A DNA stretch of 58,331 nt from Opitutaceae bacterium (GCA_035502155.1 DATJUU010000118.1:1-58331); one strand, 5' to 3'; counted from the first letter of the stretch, positions 47,418 through 57,285 are shown. Numbers and translations: made by a program. The notes: generated from the letters alone by a model not told the origin.

Positions 47418-48224
47418 ATGAGACTGATCCGACACCTCACCCCGGCGGGCCCGGCCCTCGCCGCGCTGCAGCCGGACGGCACGGCCCGCGAGATCGCGGG
47501 CGATCTCTTCGGGGACTTCCGCGTGACCGACCGCGTGGTCCGGCCCGGCAAGCTGCTCGCGCCGGTCGCCCCGGCCGGCCTGCTGGCCATCGGGCTGAAC
47601 TACAAGAAACACGCCGAGGAGGGAGGGCGCGGTGCGCCGGAGAAGCCGGTCCTGTTCCTCAAGGCCACGAGCTCGGTGCAGAATCCCGCCGACCCGATCG
47701 AGCTGCCGCGGCACCTGGCAAGCGCGGAGGTGGACTACGAGTGCGAACTGGCGGTGGTCATCGGCCGGCGCTGCAAAAACGCCACCCGGGCCAACGCCCT
47801 CGACCATGTGCTCGGCTACACCTGCGCGAACGACGTCAGCGCCCGCGACTGGCAGGGCAAGGCGTGGGGCGGCGGCCAGTGGTGCCAGGCCAAAAGTTTC
47901 GACACCTTCTGCCCGCTCGGGCCGGCGCTGGTGACGAAGGACGAGATTCCCGACCCCAACCGGCTCCGCATCCGCACCCTGCTCAACGGCGCGACGATGC
48001 AGGACTGGAACACGAACGACATGATCTTCGACGTGCCCGCGCTGATCGAATTTCTCAGCGGCAGCAAGACGCTCCTGCCCGGCACCGTGATCCTCACCGG
48101 CACGCCGCACGGCGTCGGCTTCGCCCGCACGCCGCCGGTGTGGCTGAAGCCCGGCGACACCGTGACGATCGAGATCGAGAAGATCGGCGCGCTGACGAAT
48201 CCCGTGATGGCGGAAAAAATCTGA
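47418..48224 (+). CDS. Fumarylacetoacetate hydrolase (FAH) family protein
   Basis: Start re-set to the ATG at 47418 (MRLIRHL...). FAH motifs GLNYKKHAEE, VDYECELAVVIG, DVSARDWQ, KSFDTFCPLGP and GTPHGVG. Confidence 0.85.
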   Translation: MRLIRHLTPAGPALAALQPDGTAREIAGDLFGDFRVTDRVVRPGKLLAPVAPAGLLAIGLNYKKHAEEGGRGAPEKPVLFLKATSSVQNPADPIELPRHLASAEVDYECELAVVIGRRCKNATRANALDHVLGYTCANDVSARDWQGKAWGGGQWCQAKSFDTFCPLGPALVTKDEIPDPNRLRIRTLLNGATMQDWNTNDMIFDVPALIEFLSGSKTLLPGTVILTGTPHGVGFARTPPVWLKPGDTVTIEIEKIGALTNPVMAEKI

Positions 48225-48330
48225 CCCGGTAGGGCGGGACCGCCGGGCCCGCCGCGTCGATTTCGGCACGCCCGGCTCTGCTGGCCAGCAGAGCGCCCCT
48301 ACGAACTCGGGGCTCCGGCGCCCTGTCCGT

Positions 48331-48945
48331 TCAACCCATCAACAGCGCGATCTGCCGGCCGGGGCCGTGCACGCCCTCGATCAGGATGCCCTCGACGTCC
48401 GCCGTCTTCGACGGGCCGGTGCACCAGATGACGTTCGGGTCGTCGCCCAGCACCGCCACCGCCTGCGCCACGTTGGCCAGCACCTCCTCGCGCCGGAGGA
48501 CCGCGATGTGCACCCACGGCGCCAGCGCGCCGAGCCGGCGGGAGGTCGTCGTGTCGTTGAGCATGATCGTGCCGGTCTCGGCGATCGCGCCCACTGCGCG
48601 GGTGATGCCGAACTGGTAGTCGTCGACCCGCGCGCGGTCCAATTCCGTCTCCACGCTGAACTCCGCCCCGAAGGCCGGCGCCAGCCGCGGCCACAGCTTC
48701 GGATCGCAGTAGCCGTGGAGCCACTGCCCCGCGCGCAGCAGGGCCACGACGTCCTCCACCCGCTCCACGCCCTCGCCATTGACCAGCTTCGCGCGCTGGC
48801 AGAAGACGCTCCACGGGTCCTTCCAGTCCACGATCTCGCGCATCACCGCGACATCGCCCGGATAGCTCGGATAGGGCGCGCGCCGCTCCAGCGGCGCCAG
48901 CGCGCCGCGCACGCGGCTGAGGATCACTTCACGGTCATCGTTCAT
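48331..48945 (-). CDS. lutC: Lactate utilisation protein C (LUD domain, YkgG/LutC)
   Basis: ATG at 48945, 204 aa. AIAETGTIML...WVHIAVL...GPSKTADVEGILIEGVHGPGR is typical of LutC. Confidence 0.8.
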   Translation of the reverse strand: MNDDREVILSRVRGALAPLERRAPYPSYPGDVAVMREIVDWKDPWSVFCQRAKLVNGEGVERVEDVVALLRAGQWLHGYCDPKLWPRLAPAFGAEFSVETELDRARVDDYQFGITRAVGAIAETGTIMLNDTTTSRRLGALAPWVHIAVLRREEVLANVAQAVAVLGDDPNVIWCTGPSKTADVEGILIEGVHGPGRQIALLMG

Positions 48946-48964
48946 GGTGGATGGAGGAACTTTA

Positions 48965-49081
48965 CCACGGATTACACGGATCTACACGGATGGGAGTCAG
49001 TGCGGTGATACTCGTGAGGGATTGAGCCCGATCCTCATCCGCCGGTCCGAAGACATCCGTGTGCATCCGTGAAATCCGTGG
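48965..49081. repeat. 117-bp intergenic inverted-repeat element (28-nt arms, 61-nt spacer)
   Basis: CCACGGATTACACGGATCTACACGGATG (48965-48992) versus CATCCGTGTGCATCCGTGAAATCCGTGG (49054-49081), 25/28 complementary. Each arm carries three copies of CACGGAT. The element abuts the OPT stop codon (49082-49084). Confidence 0.75.
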
Positions 49082-51400
49082 TCAATGCAGGCTATCCGCG
49101 ACTGGCGCTTTGGGCGCGAGGAACTTCTCGCGCGCCACCAAATAGAGGAAAACCGTCAGCGCGGCAAACGGGATCAAGGTGAGGGCATCGGACCAGGGCC
49201 CGGCGTAGAAGGGATTGTGGGCCCCGGCCCATTGCTCGATCGCGTCGTTGAGACCCTCGAAGGCCGGCACGCCCTGGAGGATCGCAATGATGATGCCGGC
49301 GATCGCCCCGCCGGCAATATAGCCGGAGGCGAGCAGCACGCCCGGACTCTTGTCGCTCTCGTGCGCGAACTCGTCCGCGCCCATCGCCGCATACTTCGGC
49401 TGCCGCCGGGTGTGACGGTCCGCCAGCCAGCGGGCAAAGCCGCCGATGAAGATCGGCGACGAGGAGGAGAGCGGCAGATACACCCCGACGGCGAACGCGA
49501 GCGCCGGCACGAAGGACATCTGCAGGGTCACCGCAATCATCACCCCGAGCAGGACCAGCGCCCACGGGAGCTTTCGGTCGAGAATGCCCTTGATGATGTA
49601 GGACATGAGGGTGGCCTTGGGCGCATCGAACTTCCGGACGGTGCTGCCATCGGGCCGGGTCGGGTGGGTGCCGTTGATGCCCGGGTCCACCAGCCAGACC
49701 GCATCGCCCTTGGGATTGACGAGATAGCGGCCGGCGGGGGCGCCGATTTCGTCAGTCTTCTGCCAGACGAGATAGCGGTTCCGGTCGTCACGGATCTGTG
49801 GGCCCACGAGCCCCTCCATCTGGTTCAGCCGGCTGGCATCGGTGTGCAGGCCGGCGGGCGCCACCTCCTTGATCGGCACGTAAACCGTGGCGGAATTGTT
49901 GAGCACGAGCAGGATCGGGCCGAGACAGACGGCCGAGAGCGCCGCCCCGGCAAGGATGGCCCACTGCTGGAACCTCGGCGTGGAGCCGAGGAGAAAGCCG
50001 GTCTTCAAATCCTGCGAGGTCGTGCCGCCGTTCGAGGCGGCAATGCACACGATCGCACCGACCGAGAGCGCGGTGACGTAGTGCGTGCCCCCCGTCCAGC
50101 CGACGAGCAGGAAGATCAGGCAGGTGAACAGCAGCGTGGCCACGGTCATGCCGGAAATCGGATTGGACGAGGAGCCGATCTCGCCGGTCAGCCGCGACGA
50201 GACGGTGACGAACAAGAATCCGAACAGCACGATGAGCAGCGCGCCGAGCAGGTTCATCTCCAGGGTGGGCGCAAAGGTGATCGCCGCGAGCAGCACGATC
50301 ACGCCGCCGGCCACAAACTTCATCGACAGGTCGCGCTCGGTGCGCGGCGTCCCGCCCGCCGGCCGGGCGCCGGCGCGGGACAGGCCGAGGTCCCGCAGGC
50401 CCTCCCGCAAGCCGTGCCAGATGGTCGGTGCCGACTGGATCAGGCTGAAGATCCCGCCCGCCGCGACCGCCCCCGCGCCGATATAGAGGACGTACGCCCC
50501 GCGGATCTCCCCCGGACTCATGGCGGAGATCAGCCTGGTGCCGGGGGACAGCGGCGCCGTCAGATGCTCGCCGAAGAACTTGATCATCGGGATGAGCAGG
50601 AGGTAGCTCAGCACGCCGCCCCCGCACATGATCGAGGCGATGCGGGGCCCGATGATGTAACCGACCCCCAGCAGCGCGGGGGAAACCTCGACGCTCGCCG
50701 AGCCGGCGTTGAACGGCGGACCGAAGACCTTTTCCGACACATCCTTCCAGCCCTTGCACGCGATGTTGAGCGTCGTGTAGAGCAGCCCGATGCCGAAGCC
50801 GCCGAAAATCGCCTTCGCCCCCGGGGCGGCGCCCAGCCCGGCGGCGGTGGCCGCGCGAATCTCGGCCTGCGCGCCGGGCGAGGCGTGGGCGCGGTCCTCC
50901 GCGTTGGCGCCGGCCTTGAGCACGGCCGCACAGGCGGTGCCCTCGGGATACTTGAGGGTGGCGTGCTCCTTGACGATCAGCGCGCGCCGCAGCGGGATCA
51001 TCATGAGGATGCCGAGCAGCCCGCCGAGCATCGCCACCAGCATGACGCGCGTCAGCTCGAGATCGAAGCCGAGGATGAGGATCGCCGGCATGGTGACGCC
51101 GATGCCGAACGCCAGCGATTCACCGGCGGAGCCGGCCGTCTGCGTGATATTGTGCTCGAGGATCGTGGAATCGCGCACGCCGAGCTTCGAGAGGCCGCGG
51201 AACAGGGCCAGCGAGATGACCGCGACGGGAATCGAGGCGCTCACCGTCAGGCCCACCTTGAGCACGAGGTAGAGCGACGAGGCCCCGAAGATCACCCCCA
51301 GCACCGTGCCGGTGAGCACGGCGCGCAGGGTGAACTCGCGCATCACCGCCGCGTCCGGGATGAAGGGCTCGAATTTCGCGGGGGAGACGGGCTCAGCCAT
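49082..51400 (-). CDS. OPT-family oligopeptide transporter
   Basis: ATG at 51400, 772 aa, about 16 TM segments. Motifs: FTLRAVLTGTVLGVIFGASSLYLVLKVGLTVSASIP and SQDLKTGFLLGSTPR. Confidence 0.88.
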   Translation of the reverse strand: MAEPVSPAKFEPFIPDAAVMREFTLRAVLTGTVLGVIFGASSLYLVLKVGLTVSASIPVAVISLALFRGLSKLGVRDSTILEHNITQTAGSAGESLAFGIGVTMPAILILGFDLELTRVMLVAMLGGLLGILMMIPLRRALIVKEHATLKYPEGTACAAVLKAGANAEDRAHASPGAQAEIRAATAAGLGAAPGAKAIFGGFGIGLLYTTLNIACKGWKDVSEKVFGPPFNAGSASVEVSPALLGVGYIIGPRIASIMCGGGVLSYLLLIPMIKFFGEHLTAPLSPGTRLISAMSPGEIRGAYVLYIGAGAVAAGGIFSLIQSAPTIWHGLREGLRDLGLSRAGARPAGGTPRTERDLSMKFVAGGVIVLLAAITFAPTLEMNLLGALLIVLFGFLFVTVSSRLTGEIGSSSNPISGMTVATLLFTCLIFLLVGWTGGTHYVTALSVGAIVCIAASNGGTTSQDLKTGFLLGSTPRFQQWAILAGAALSAVCLGPILLVLNNSATVYVPIKEVAPAGLHTDASRLNQMEGLVGPQIRDDRNRYLVWQKTDEIGAPAGRYLVNPKGDAVWLVDPGINGTHPTRPDGSTVRKFDAPKATLMSYIIKGILDRKLPWALVLLGVMIAVTLQMSFVPALAFAVGVYLPLSSSSPIFIGGFARWLADRHTRRQPKYAAMGADEFAHESDKSPGVLLASGYIAGGAIAGIIIAILQGVPAFEGLNDAIEQWAGAHNPFYAGPWSDALTLIPFAALTVFLYLVAREKFLAPKAPVADSLH

Positions 51401-51433
51401 GGAGGGGTAACCTGCCGCACGCTGCCGGCGCGC

Positions 51434-52855
51434 TCAGGCCGACGCTTTCCGGCCGCCGGTCCCCGGCTTCCGGCTCTGGTGCCGGCGCCACCAGCGGCGG
51501 AACTCGCCGCCGCGCCATTTCGGCAGCGTGCGCCGCGACACCCATGCCTGCGCCGCCGGCACCGGGATGAGCCGGTGCGGGAGGACGTTGAGCAGGCGCC
51601 CGCCCACCAGCACGGCCTGCCACGCCGCGGGCGACGAAGCCACCAGCGCCCACGGCCCCATCGGCGGCAGGCCGGGCGACGGGGCCCCGGCCCGTTTGCC
51701 CTGGTCGCGCAGCCGCAGGAGGAGGTCGGGGATCGGAATGTTGACCGGGCAGACCTCGTTGCACGCGCCGCACAGGCTCGAGGCCTTGGGCAGGTCGGCG
51801 AGGTCGAGAAAGTGCGCGCCCGCCAGCAGCGGCGAGAGCACGGCGCCCACGGGGCCCGGGTAGACCGCGCGGTAGGCGTGGCCGCTGGCCTGCCGGTAGA
51901 CCGGGCACACGTTCATGCACGCGCCGCAGCGGATGCAGCGCAGGATCTCGCGGCACTCGCCGGCCAGCACCTCGGTGCGGCCGTTGTCGACGAGGATGAC
52001 GTGCATCTCCTCCGGGCCGTCCGGCTGGCCGGGGGCGCGCGGGCCATGGATGAACTCGGTGTAGACCGACAGCTGCTGGGCGGTGGCTGAGCGCGCGAGG
52101 AGGTTGAGGAGCACGGCGAGGTCGCGGTCGCGCGGCAGGATCTTCTCGATGCCCACCAGCGCGATGTGGCACTTCGGCGCCGCGAGGCTGAAGCGCGAAT
52201 TGCCCTCGTTGGTCACGACCACGATCCGGCCGCTCTCCGCCACGAGGAAGTTGGCGCCGGTCAGGCCCACGTCCGCCGCGAGGTACTTCCGGCGCATGAA
52301 CGACCGGGCCCGGCGGGTGATGACCTCCGGGTCGTCGTCGTAGGCGCCCAGGCCCTCCCGCTCGAAGCTGGTGGCGATCTCCCGGCGGTTCTTGTGGATG
52401 ATCGGCCGGACGATGTGGCTGGGGTGGTCGTGGTCGATCTGGATGATGAACTCGCCGAGGTCGGTCTCGAGGCATTCGATGCCGTGGTGCTCGAGGAAGT
52501 GGGCCAGCTCGATCTCCTCGCTGACCATCGTCTTCGCCTTCACCATGCGCGTCGCCCCGCGCCGCTGCATGATCGCCAGCACGTGGCGGCACGCCGCCTC
52601 GGCGTCGACCGCCCAGTGCACCTGGGCGCCGCCGGCCTTCAGCCGCTCCTCGGCCAGCGGCAGCAGGGTGTCGAGGTTTTCGATCGCGTGCTGCTTGATC
52701 TCGCCCGCCAGCCGCCGCAGCCCGTCGGCGTCGGCGAACTGCGCCGCGAGCATTGTCGTGCGCTTCTCGTGGGTCAGCTTGGTGCTCCGGTAGACGGACT
52801 CCCGTTTCTCCGCGGCCAGCCGGGTGGCAAACTGGTCGATGGGTTGCGTGCTCAT
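51434..52855 (-). CDS. lutB: Lactate utilisation protein B (4Fe-4S ferredoxin-type, LutB/YkgF)
   Basis: Start re-set to the ATG at 52855 (MSTQPIDQF...), 4 nt after the lutA stop. Two cluster motifs CIRCGACMNVCPVY and CGACNEVCPVNIPI, plus a LUD domain. Confidence 0.88.
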   Translation of the reverse strand: MSTQPIDQFATRLAAEKRESVYRSTKLTHEKRTTMLAAQFADADGLRRLAGEIKQHAIENLDTLLPLAEERLKAGGAQVHWAVDAEAACRHVLAIMQRRGATRMVKAKTMVSEEIELAHFLEHHGIECLETDLGEFIIQIDHDHPSHIVRPIIHKNRREIATSFEREGLGAYDDDPEVITRRARSFMRRKYLAADVGLTGANFLVAESGRIVVVTNEGNSRFSLAAPKCHIALVGIEKILPRDRDLAVLLNLLARSATAQQLSVYTEFIHGPRAPGQPDGPEEMHVILVDNGRTEVLAGECREILRCIRCGACMNVCPVYRQASGHAYRAVYPGPVGAVLSPLLAGAHFLDLADLPKASSLCGACNEVCPVNIPIPDLLLRLRDQGKRAGAPSPGLPPMGPWALVASSPAAWQAVLVGGRLLNVLPHRLIPVPAAQAWVSRRTLPKWRGGEFRRWWRRHQSRKPGTGGRKASA

Positions 52856-52859
52856 GGCC

Positions 52860-53627
52860 TCAGAGCAATCCGCCGTTCCGGAGCGCGTCGCGCAGCACCT
52901 GGGCCACATGCCGGTATTCCACCGGCCGGCCCTCCTTCTCCGCCAGCCCGCCGAGGTGCATCAGGCAGCTGGTGTCGATGCCGACGAGGTAGCGCGGCTG
53001 CGCCGCGCGCAGGTGCTCGAGCTTCAGCCGGCCCATCGCCTCGGAGATGTTGGGGAACGTGACCGAGAACGTCCCGCCGAAGCCGCAGCACTGCTCGCCC
53101 TCGCCGAACTCCACCAGCGTCACCCCGGCGATCGAGCGCATCAGCGCGGCGGCCGCCTCGCCGCTTCCGGTGCCGCGCGAGTGGCAGGAGCGGTGAAAGG
53201 CCAGCGCGCCGTCGAACCGGCCGGGCCAGGTCTTCACCCCCAGGCCGTTGACGATGAAGTCGGCCAGCTCCCAGGTCCGGCGCGCGAGCTGCTCCACTTC
53301 CGGCCGGTCCGGCTCGTGCTCGAACTCCAGCAGCGAGCCATGGAACACCATCGCGGCGCACGAACTCGACGGCACGATCACGGGCAGTTCCCCCCGGAAC
53401 GCATGCACCATGTGGCGCACCACCCGCCGGGAGGCCGTCCAGTCGCCAGCGTTGAACGCCGGCTGCCCGCAGCAGGTCTGGGCCTCGGGAAACTCGACCG
53501 TGATGCCCAGGTGCTCCAGCACCTCCACCGTGGCGATGGCGGCGTCATCGTAGAACGCGTCGCACAGGCAGGTGGCGAGCAATTGGACCTTCTTCCCCAG
53601 CGGGGGCTTGCGCTCGAGCGACATCAT
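52860..53627 (-). CDS. lutA: Lactate utilisation protein A ((Fe-S) oxidoreductase, CCG domains, LutA/YkgE)
   Basis: ATG at 53627. VQLLATCLCDAFY...AQTCCGQPAFNAG and CCGFGGTFSV (CCG motifs). Confidence 0.88.
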   Translation of the reverse strand: MMSLERKPPLGKKVQLLATCLCDAFYDDAAIATVEVLEHLGITVEFPEAQTCCGQPAFNAGDWTASRRVVRHMVHAFRGELPVIVPSSSCAAMVFHGSLLEFEHEPDRPEVEQLARRTWELADFIVNGLGVKTWPGRFDGALAFHRSCHSRGTGSGEAAAALMRSIAGVTLVEFGEGEQCCGFGGTFSVTFPNISEAMGRLKLEHLRAAQPRYLVGIDTSCLMHLGGLAEKEGRPVEYRHVAQVLRDALRNGGLL

Positions 53628-53663
53628 GGCGCGTCACTTCCAACCTGCGGGATTCGACCGGGC

Positions 53664-53682
53664 CCGCAATCTCGATTTGCGG
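53664..53682. promoter_or_regulatory. Imperfect palindrome CCGCAAT-CTCG-ATTTGCGG in the lutA/rhaB divergent promoter region
   Basis: Read directly from the sequence. Two further TTTGCGG/CCGCAAA half-sites lie at 53716-53722 and 53744-53750. Confidence 0.3.
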
Positions 53683-53761
53683 CCGGCGCGTCGGACGGTC
53701 CGACGGCCCGCGGAGTTTGCGGGCTCGCCATCGCCGGGCGCCGCCGCAAAATCGTCGTGTC

Positions 53762-55192
53762 ATGCCCACCGTCTACTCCGCCGCCATCGACCTCGGGGCG
53801 ACCAGCGGCCGGGTCATCCTCGGCGCCTGGTCGGCCAACCGCCTCACCCTCCGCGAAGTCCACCGTTTCCCCAACGCCTTCCGTTCGCTCGGGGCGCACG
53901 ACTACTGGGACGTGGCCGGGCTGTGGGCGGAGGTGCGCACGGGTCTGCAGCGGGCCGCCGCTGCCCTGCCGCGCGGCGCCCGCCTCGCCTCCGTCGGCGT
54001 CGACACCTGGGGCGTCGACTACGCGCTGCTCAACGACGCCGGCCGGCTGGTATTTCCCGTCCACGCCTACCGCGACGCCCGCACCCAGCCCGGCCTGCAC
54101 CACCTTGGCAACACCCGCGCCGCGCTGGAGCGCATCTACGCCGCCACCGGCATCCCGAACGCCTTCTACAACTCGAGCCTCCAGCTCGCCGAGGTGGTCG
54201 CGAACTGCCCGGCGATCGCCGACCTCGCCACCCGCTGCCTCTTCCTGCCCGACTACTTCAACCACCTCCTCTCCGGCCGGATGGAAAACGAGCTCTCCAT
54301 CGCCAGCACCACGCAGCTCCTCGACGTCCACTCGATCGAGTGGTCGCGCGCCGCGCTCGACTACTTCCACCTCCCGGCCCACTGGTTCACGCCGCCGATC
54401 CTCGCCGGCACGCGCCTGGGTCCCGTGCGGGAGCTGCCCGGGCTCAAGGGCACGCAGGTCGTCGCCGTGCCCGGGCACGACACCGCCTGCGCCTACGACG
54501 CGATGCCGGCCGCGCCCGAGGGCGGCGACCTGTTCCTCAGCTCCGGCACCTGGTCGCTGGTCGGGTTCGAGAGCGACACCCCCGTGCTCGGCCCGGCCGC
54601 CCTGGCCGCGCGGGTGGCCAACGAGCGCATCGGCGACGGCCGCTACCGCCCGCTGACCAACGTCGTGGGGCTGTGGCTCTGCGAACAGACGATGAAGGAT
54701 TTCGCCGCCCGACCGTGCAGCGACCGGGAGTGGGCCGGGCTCATCGCCGCCGCCGCCAAGCTGCCGGCGCCGCCCGTGTTGCTGGATACCGCCGATCCGG
54801 CGTTCACGAATCCGCCGTCGATGCGCGCCGCCATCGACGCCCAGCTGAAGCAGCATCGCGCCGCGGCGCCGAAGACCCTCGCCGGCTACGTGCGCCTGAT
54901 CTGCGCCTCGCTCGGCCGCGGCCACGCCAACGCCCTGCGGGCCTTCGAGGGAATGACCGGGCGGAAGTTCCGCCGCATCCTCATCGTGGGCGGCGGCTCG
55001 AAGAACCCGCTCCTCTGCCAGGCCACGGCGGACGCGGCCGGCCTCCCCGTCGTGTCGTTCAGTCTGGAAGGCACCGCGGTGGGCAACCTCGCCAGCCAGC
55101 TCGTCGCGCTCGGCGCGGTCTCCAGCCTCCGGGCCTTCCGCGGCCACCTCGCCGGCCATCTCAAGCAAAAGACATATCAGCCGCGCGGCTGA
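53762..55192 (+). CDS. rhaB: Rhamnulokinase (FGGY family)
   Basis: Start re-set to the ATG at 53762 (MPTVYSAAIDLGATSGRV). Collinear with my recollection of E. coli RhaB: LREVHRF, GVDTWGVDYALL, AYRDART, VPGHDTA, LSSGTWSLVGFES, GRYR, GLWL and IVGGGSKN. Confidence 0.87.
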   Translation: MPTVYSAAIDLGATSGRVILGAWSANRLTLREVHRFPNAFRSLGAHDYWDVAGLWAEVRTGLQRAAAALPRGARLASVGVDTWGVDYALLNDAGRLVFPVHAYRDARTQPGLHHLGNTRAALERIYAATGIPNAFYNSSLQLAEVVANCPAIADLATRCLFLPDYFNHLLSGRMENELSIASTTQLLDVHSIEWSRAALDYFHLPAHWFTPPILAGTRLGPVRELPGLKGTQVVAVPGHDTACAYDAMPAAPEGGDLFLSSGTWSLVGFESDTPVLGPAALAARVANERIGDGRYRPLTNVVGLWLCEQTMKDFAARPCSDREWAGLIAAAAKLPAPPVLLDTADPAFTNPPSMRAAIDAQLKQHRAAAPKTLAGYVRLICASLGRGHANALRAFEGMTGRKFRRILIVGGGSKNPLLCQATADAAGLPVVSFSLEGTAVGNLASQLVALGAVSSLRAFRGHLAGHLKQKTYQPRG

Positions 55193-55226
55193 GCCGCCGA
55201 CTGGCTAATCTGGGCAGGCATCCGAA

Positions 55227-57227
55227 ATGAATGGCCACAATCCCGCGGCCGATCCCCGCGCCCCCGTGTACATGGGCCTGCCGGCGGCGCGCTACCTGTG
55301 GCCGAAATTCTGGGTCGCCTTGGTCCTGAGCCTGCCGGTGCTGGGCCTCGCGATGAGCGAGATGGTCCCGGGACTCGCCCATGCGGTGAATCCGCGGCTC
55401 TCGGGCTGGGTGCAATTCGCGCTGACCACGCCGGTGTTCTTCTGGAGCGGCGCGCCGTTCATCCGCCGCTGGTGGATCTCCCTGCGCGAGCGCGACACCA
55501 ACATGTTCACGCTCATCGTCACCGGCACCGGCGCCGCCTACGGCTACAGCGTCGCCGCCCTGCTGGTCGGCGACCGCTTCCCCGCGGCGCTCCGGGGCGC
55601 TCACGGCGTGCCGCTCTATTTTGAGGCCGCCGCGGTCATCACCACCATCGTGCTGATCGGGCAGATCCTCGAGCAGCTCGCCCATGCCCGCACCGATGCC
55701 GCGATCCGCGCGCTCATGGACCTGGCCCCGGCCGTCGCGCACCGGATCGTCGGCGGCCGCGAGGAGGACGTGCCGCTCGCCGCCGTCGGGCCCGGCGACC
55801 TCCTGCGCGTGCGCCCCGGCGAAAAGGTGCCGGTCGACGGCAAGGTGACCGCCGGCGGCAGCCACGTCGACGAGTCCATGCTGACCGGCGAGCCCGTCCC
55901 GGTGGCGAAAGCGGAGGGCGACGACGTCGCGGGCGGCACGCTCAACACCACCGGCAGCTTTGTCCTGCGCGCCGAGAAAGTGGGCCGCGACACGCTTCTG
56001 GCCCAGATCATCCAACTGGTCGAGGCGGCGCAGGAGAGCGAGGCGCCGATCCAGCGGCTGGCGGACCGGGTGGCGGCGTGGTTCGTGCCGGCGGTGGCGG
56101 GCATTGCCTTCCTGACCTTCGCGCTGTGGTGGTGGCTGGGGCCGGAGCCGAAGCTCATCTTCGCGCTGCTCAACGCCGTCGCCGTGCTCATCATCGCCTG
56201 TCCGTGCGCCCTGGGCCTCGCCACGCCGGTTTCGCTCGTCACCGGCATCGGCCGCGGCGCGCAGGCCGGTGTGCTCGTGAAGAACGCGGAAGTGCTCGAG
56301 CGCCTCGCCCACGCCACCACCGTGCTCGTCGACAAGACCGGCACGCTCACCGAGGGCCGGCCGCGCCTGGTGGCGATTGAGCCGGCGGCGGGTTTTGGCG
56401 GAGCCGAATTGCTGGGGCTGGCCGCCGCCGCCGAGAGCCACAGCGAGCACCCGCTGGCGCGCGCCATCGTGGCCGCCGCGCGCGAGCGGAGCCTGACGCT
56501 GGCCGCCGCGGAGGACTTCGCCGCCGCGCCGGGCCTGGGCGTGACCGCCCGCGTCGCCGGCCGGACTGTCCGGGTCGGCCGCGCGCCGGAATCCGCGACC
56601 GGCGGCCACCCCGCCGCGACGCTGGTCGGGGTCGAGGTCGACGGGCGCCCGGCGGGCGTCCTCGCGCTGGCCGACCCGGTCAAGGCGACCACCCCGCAGG
56701 CGGTGGCCGAGCTGCACCGGCTCGGCTTGAACGTGGTCATGGTCACCGGCGACCGCGAGGAGACGGCGCAGGCCGTGGCCCAGCCGCTCGGCCTCGACGG
56801 CGTGCACGCGGGCGTCACCCCGGCGCGCAAGCAGGCGCTGGTGCGCGAGCTCCGCGACCGCGGCGAGCGCGTGGTGTTCGCAGGCGACGGGATCAACGAC
56901 GCCCCGGCCCTGGCCGCGGCCGACGTGGCCATCGCGATGGGCACCGGCAGCGACATCGCCATGCACAGCGCCGGCCTCGTGCTCGTCCGCGGCGACCTCC
57001 GCGGGATCGTCAAGGCGGTGCACCTGAGCCGCGCCGTGCTGCGCACCATCAAGCAGAACCTCTTCCTGGCGTTCCTCTACAACGGCCTCGGGATTCCCAT
57101 CGCCGCCGGCGCCCTCTATCCCCTCTGTGGCTGGCTGCTCAATCCCATGCTGGCCGGCGTGGCGATGAGCCTGAGCTCGATCTGCGTCGTGAGCAACGCC
57201 CTGCGGCTGAGACACATCGCCCTCTGA
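55227..57227 (+). CDS. copA: Heavy-metal (Cu+/Ag+-type, P1B-1) translocating P-type ATPase lacking an N-terminal HMA domain
   Basis: ATG at 55227. TGEP, CPC in [28 protein letters not shown], and the TM7/8 signatures LYNGLGIP and MSLSS. There is no GMTCxxC motif anywhere in the protein. Confidence 0.87.
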   Translation: MNGHNPAADPRAPVYMGLPAARYLWPKFWVALVLSLPVLGLAMSEMVPGLAHAVNPRLSGWVQFALTTPVFFWSGAPFIRRWWISLRERDTNMFTLIVTGTGAAYGYSVAALLVGDRFPAALRGAHGVPLYFEAAAVITTIVLIGQILEQLAHARTDAAIRALMDLAPAVAHRIVGGREEDVPLAAVGPGDLLRVRPGEKVPVDGKVTAGGSHVDESMLTGEPVPVAKAEGDDVAGGTLNTTGSFVLRAEKVGRDTLLAQIIQLVEAAQESEAPIQRLADRVAAWFVPAVAGIAFLTFALWWWLGPEPKLIFALLNAVAVLIIACPCALGLATPVSLVTGIGRGAQAGVLVKNAEVLERLAHATTVLVDKTGTLTEGRPRLVAIEPAAGFGGAELLGLAAAAESHSEHPLARAIVAAARERSLTLAAAEDFAAAPGLGVTARVAGRTVRVGRAPESATGGHPAATLVGVEVDGRPAGVLALADPVKATTPQAVAELHRLGLNVVMVTGDREETAQAVAQPLGLDGVHAGVTPARKQALVRELRDRGERVVFAGDGINDAPALAAADVAIAMGTGSDIAMHSAGLVLVRGDLRGIVKAVHLSRAVLRTIKQNLFLAFLYNGLGIPIAAGALYPLCGWLLNPMLAGVAMSLSSICVVSNALRLRHIAL

Positions 57228-57285
57228 ACCGGCCGCGGTGCAACCGACGGCCCTTTTTCGGGGTCAAACCCTCAAGCGATCCACC

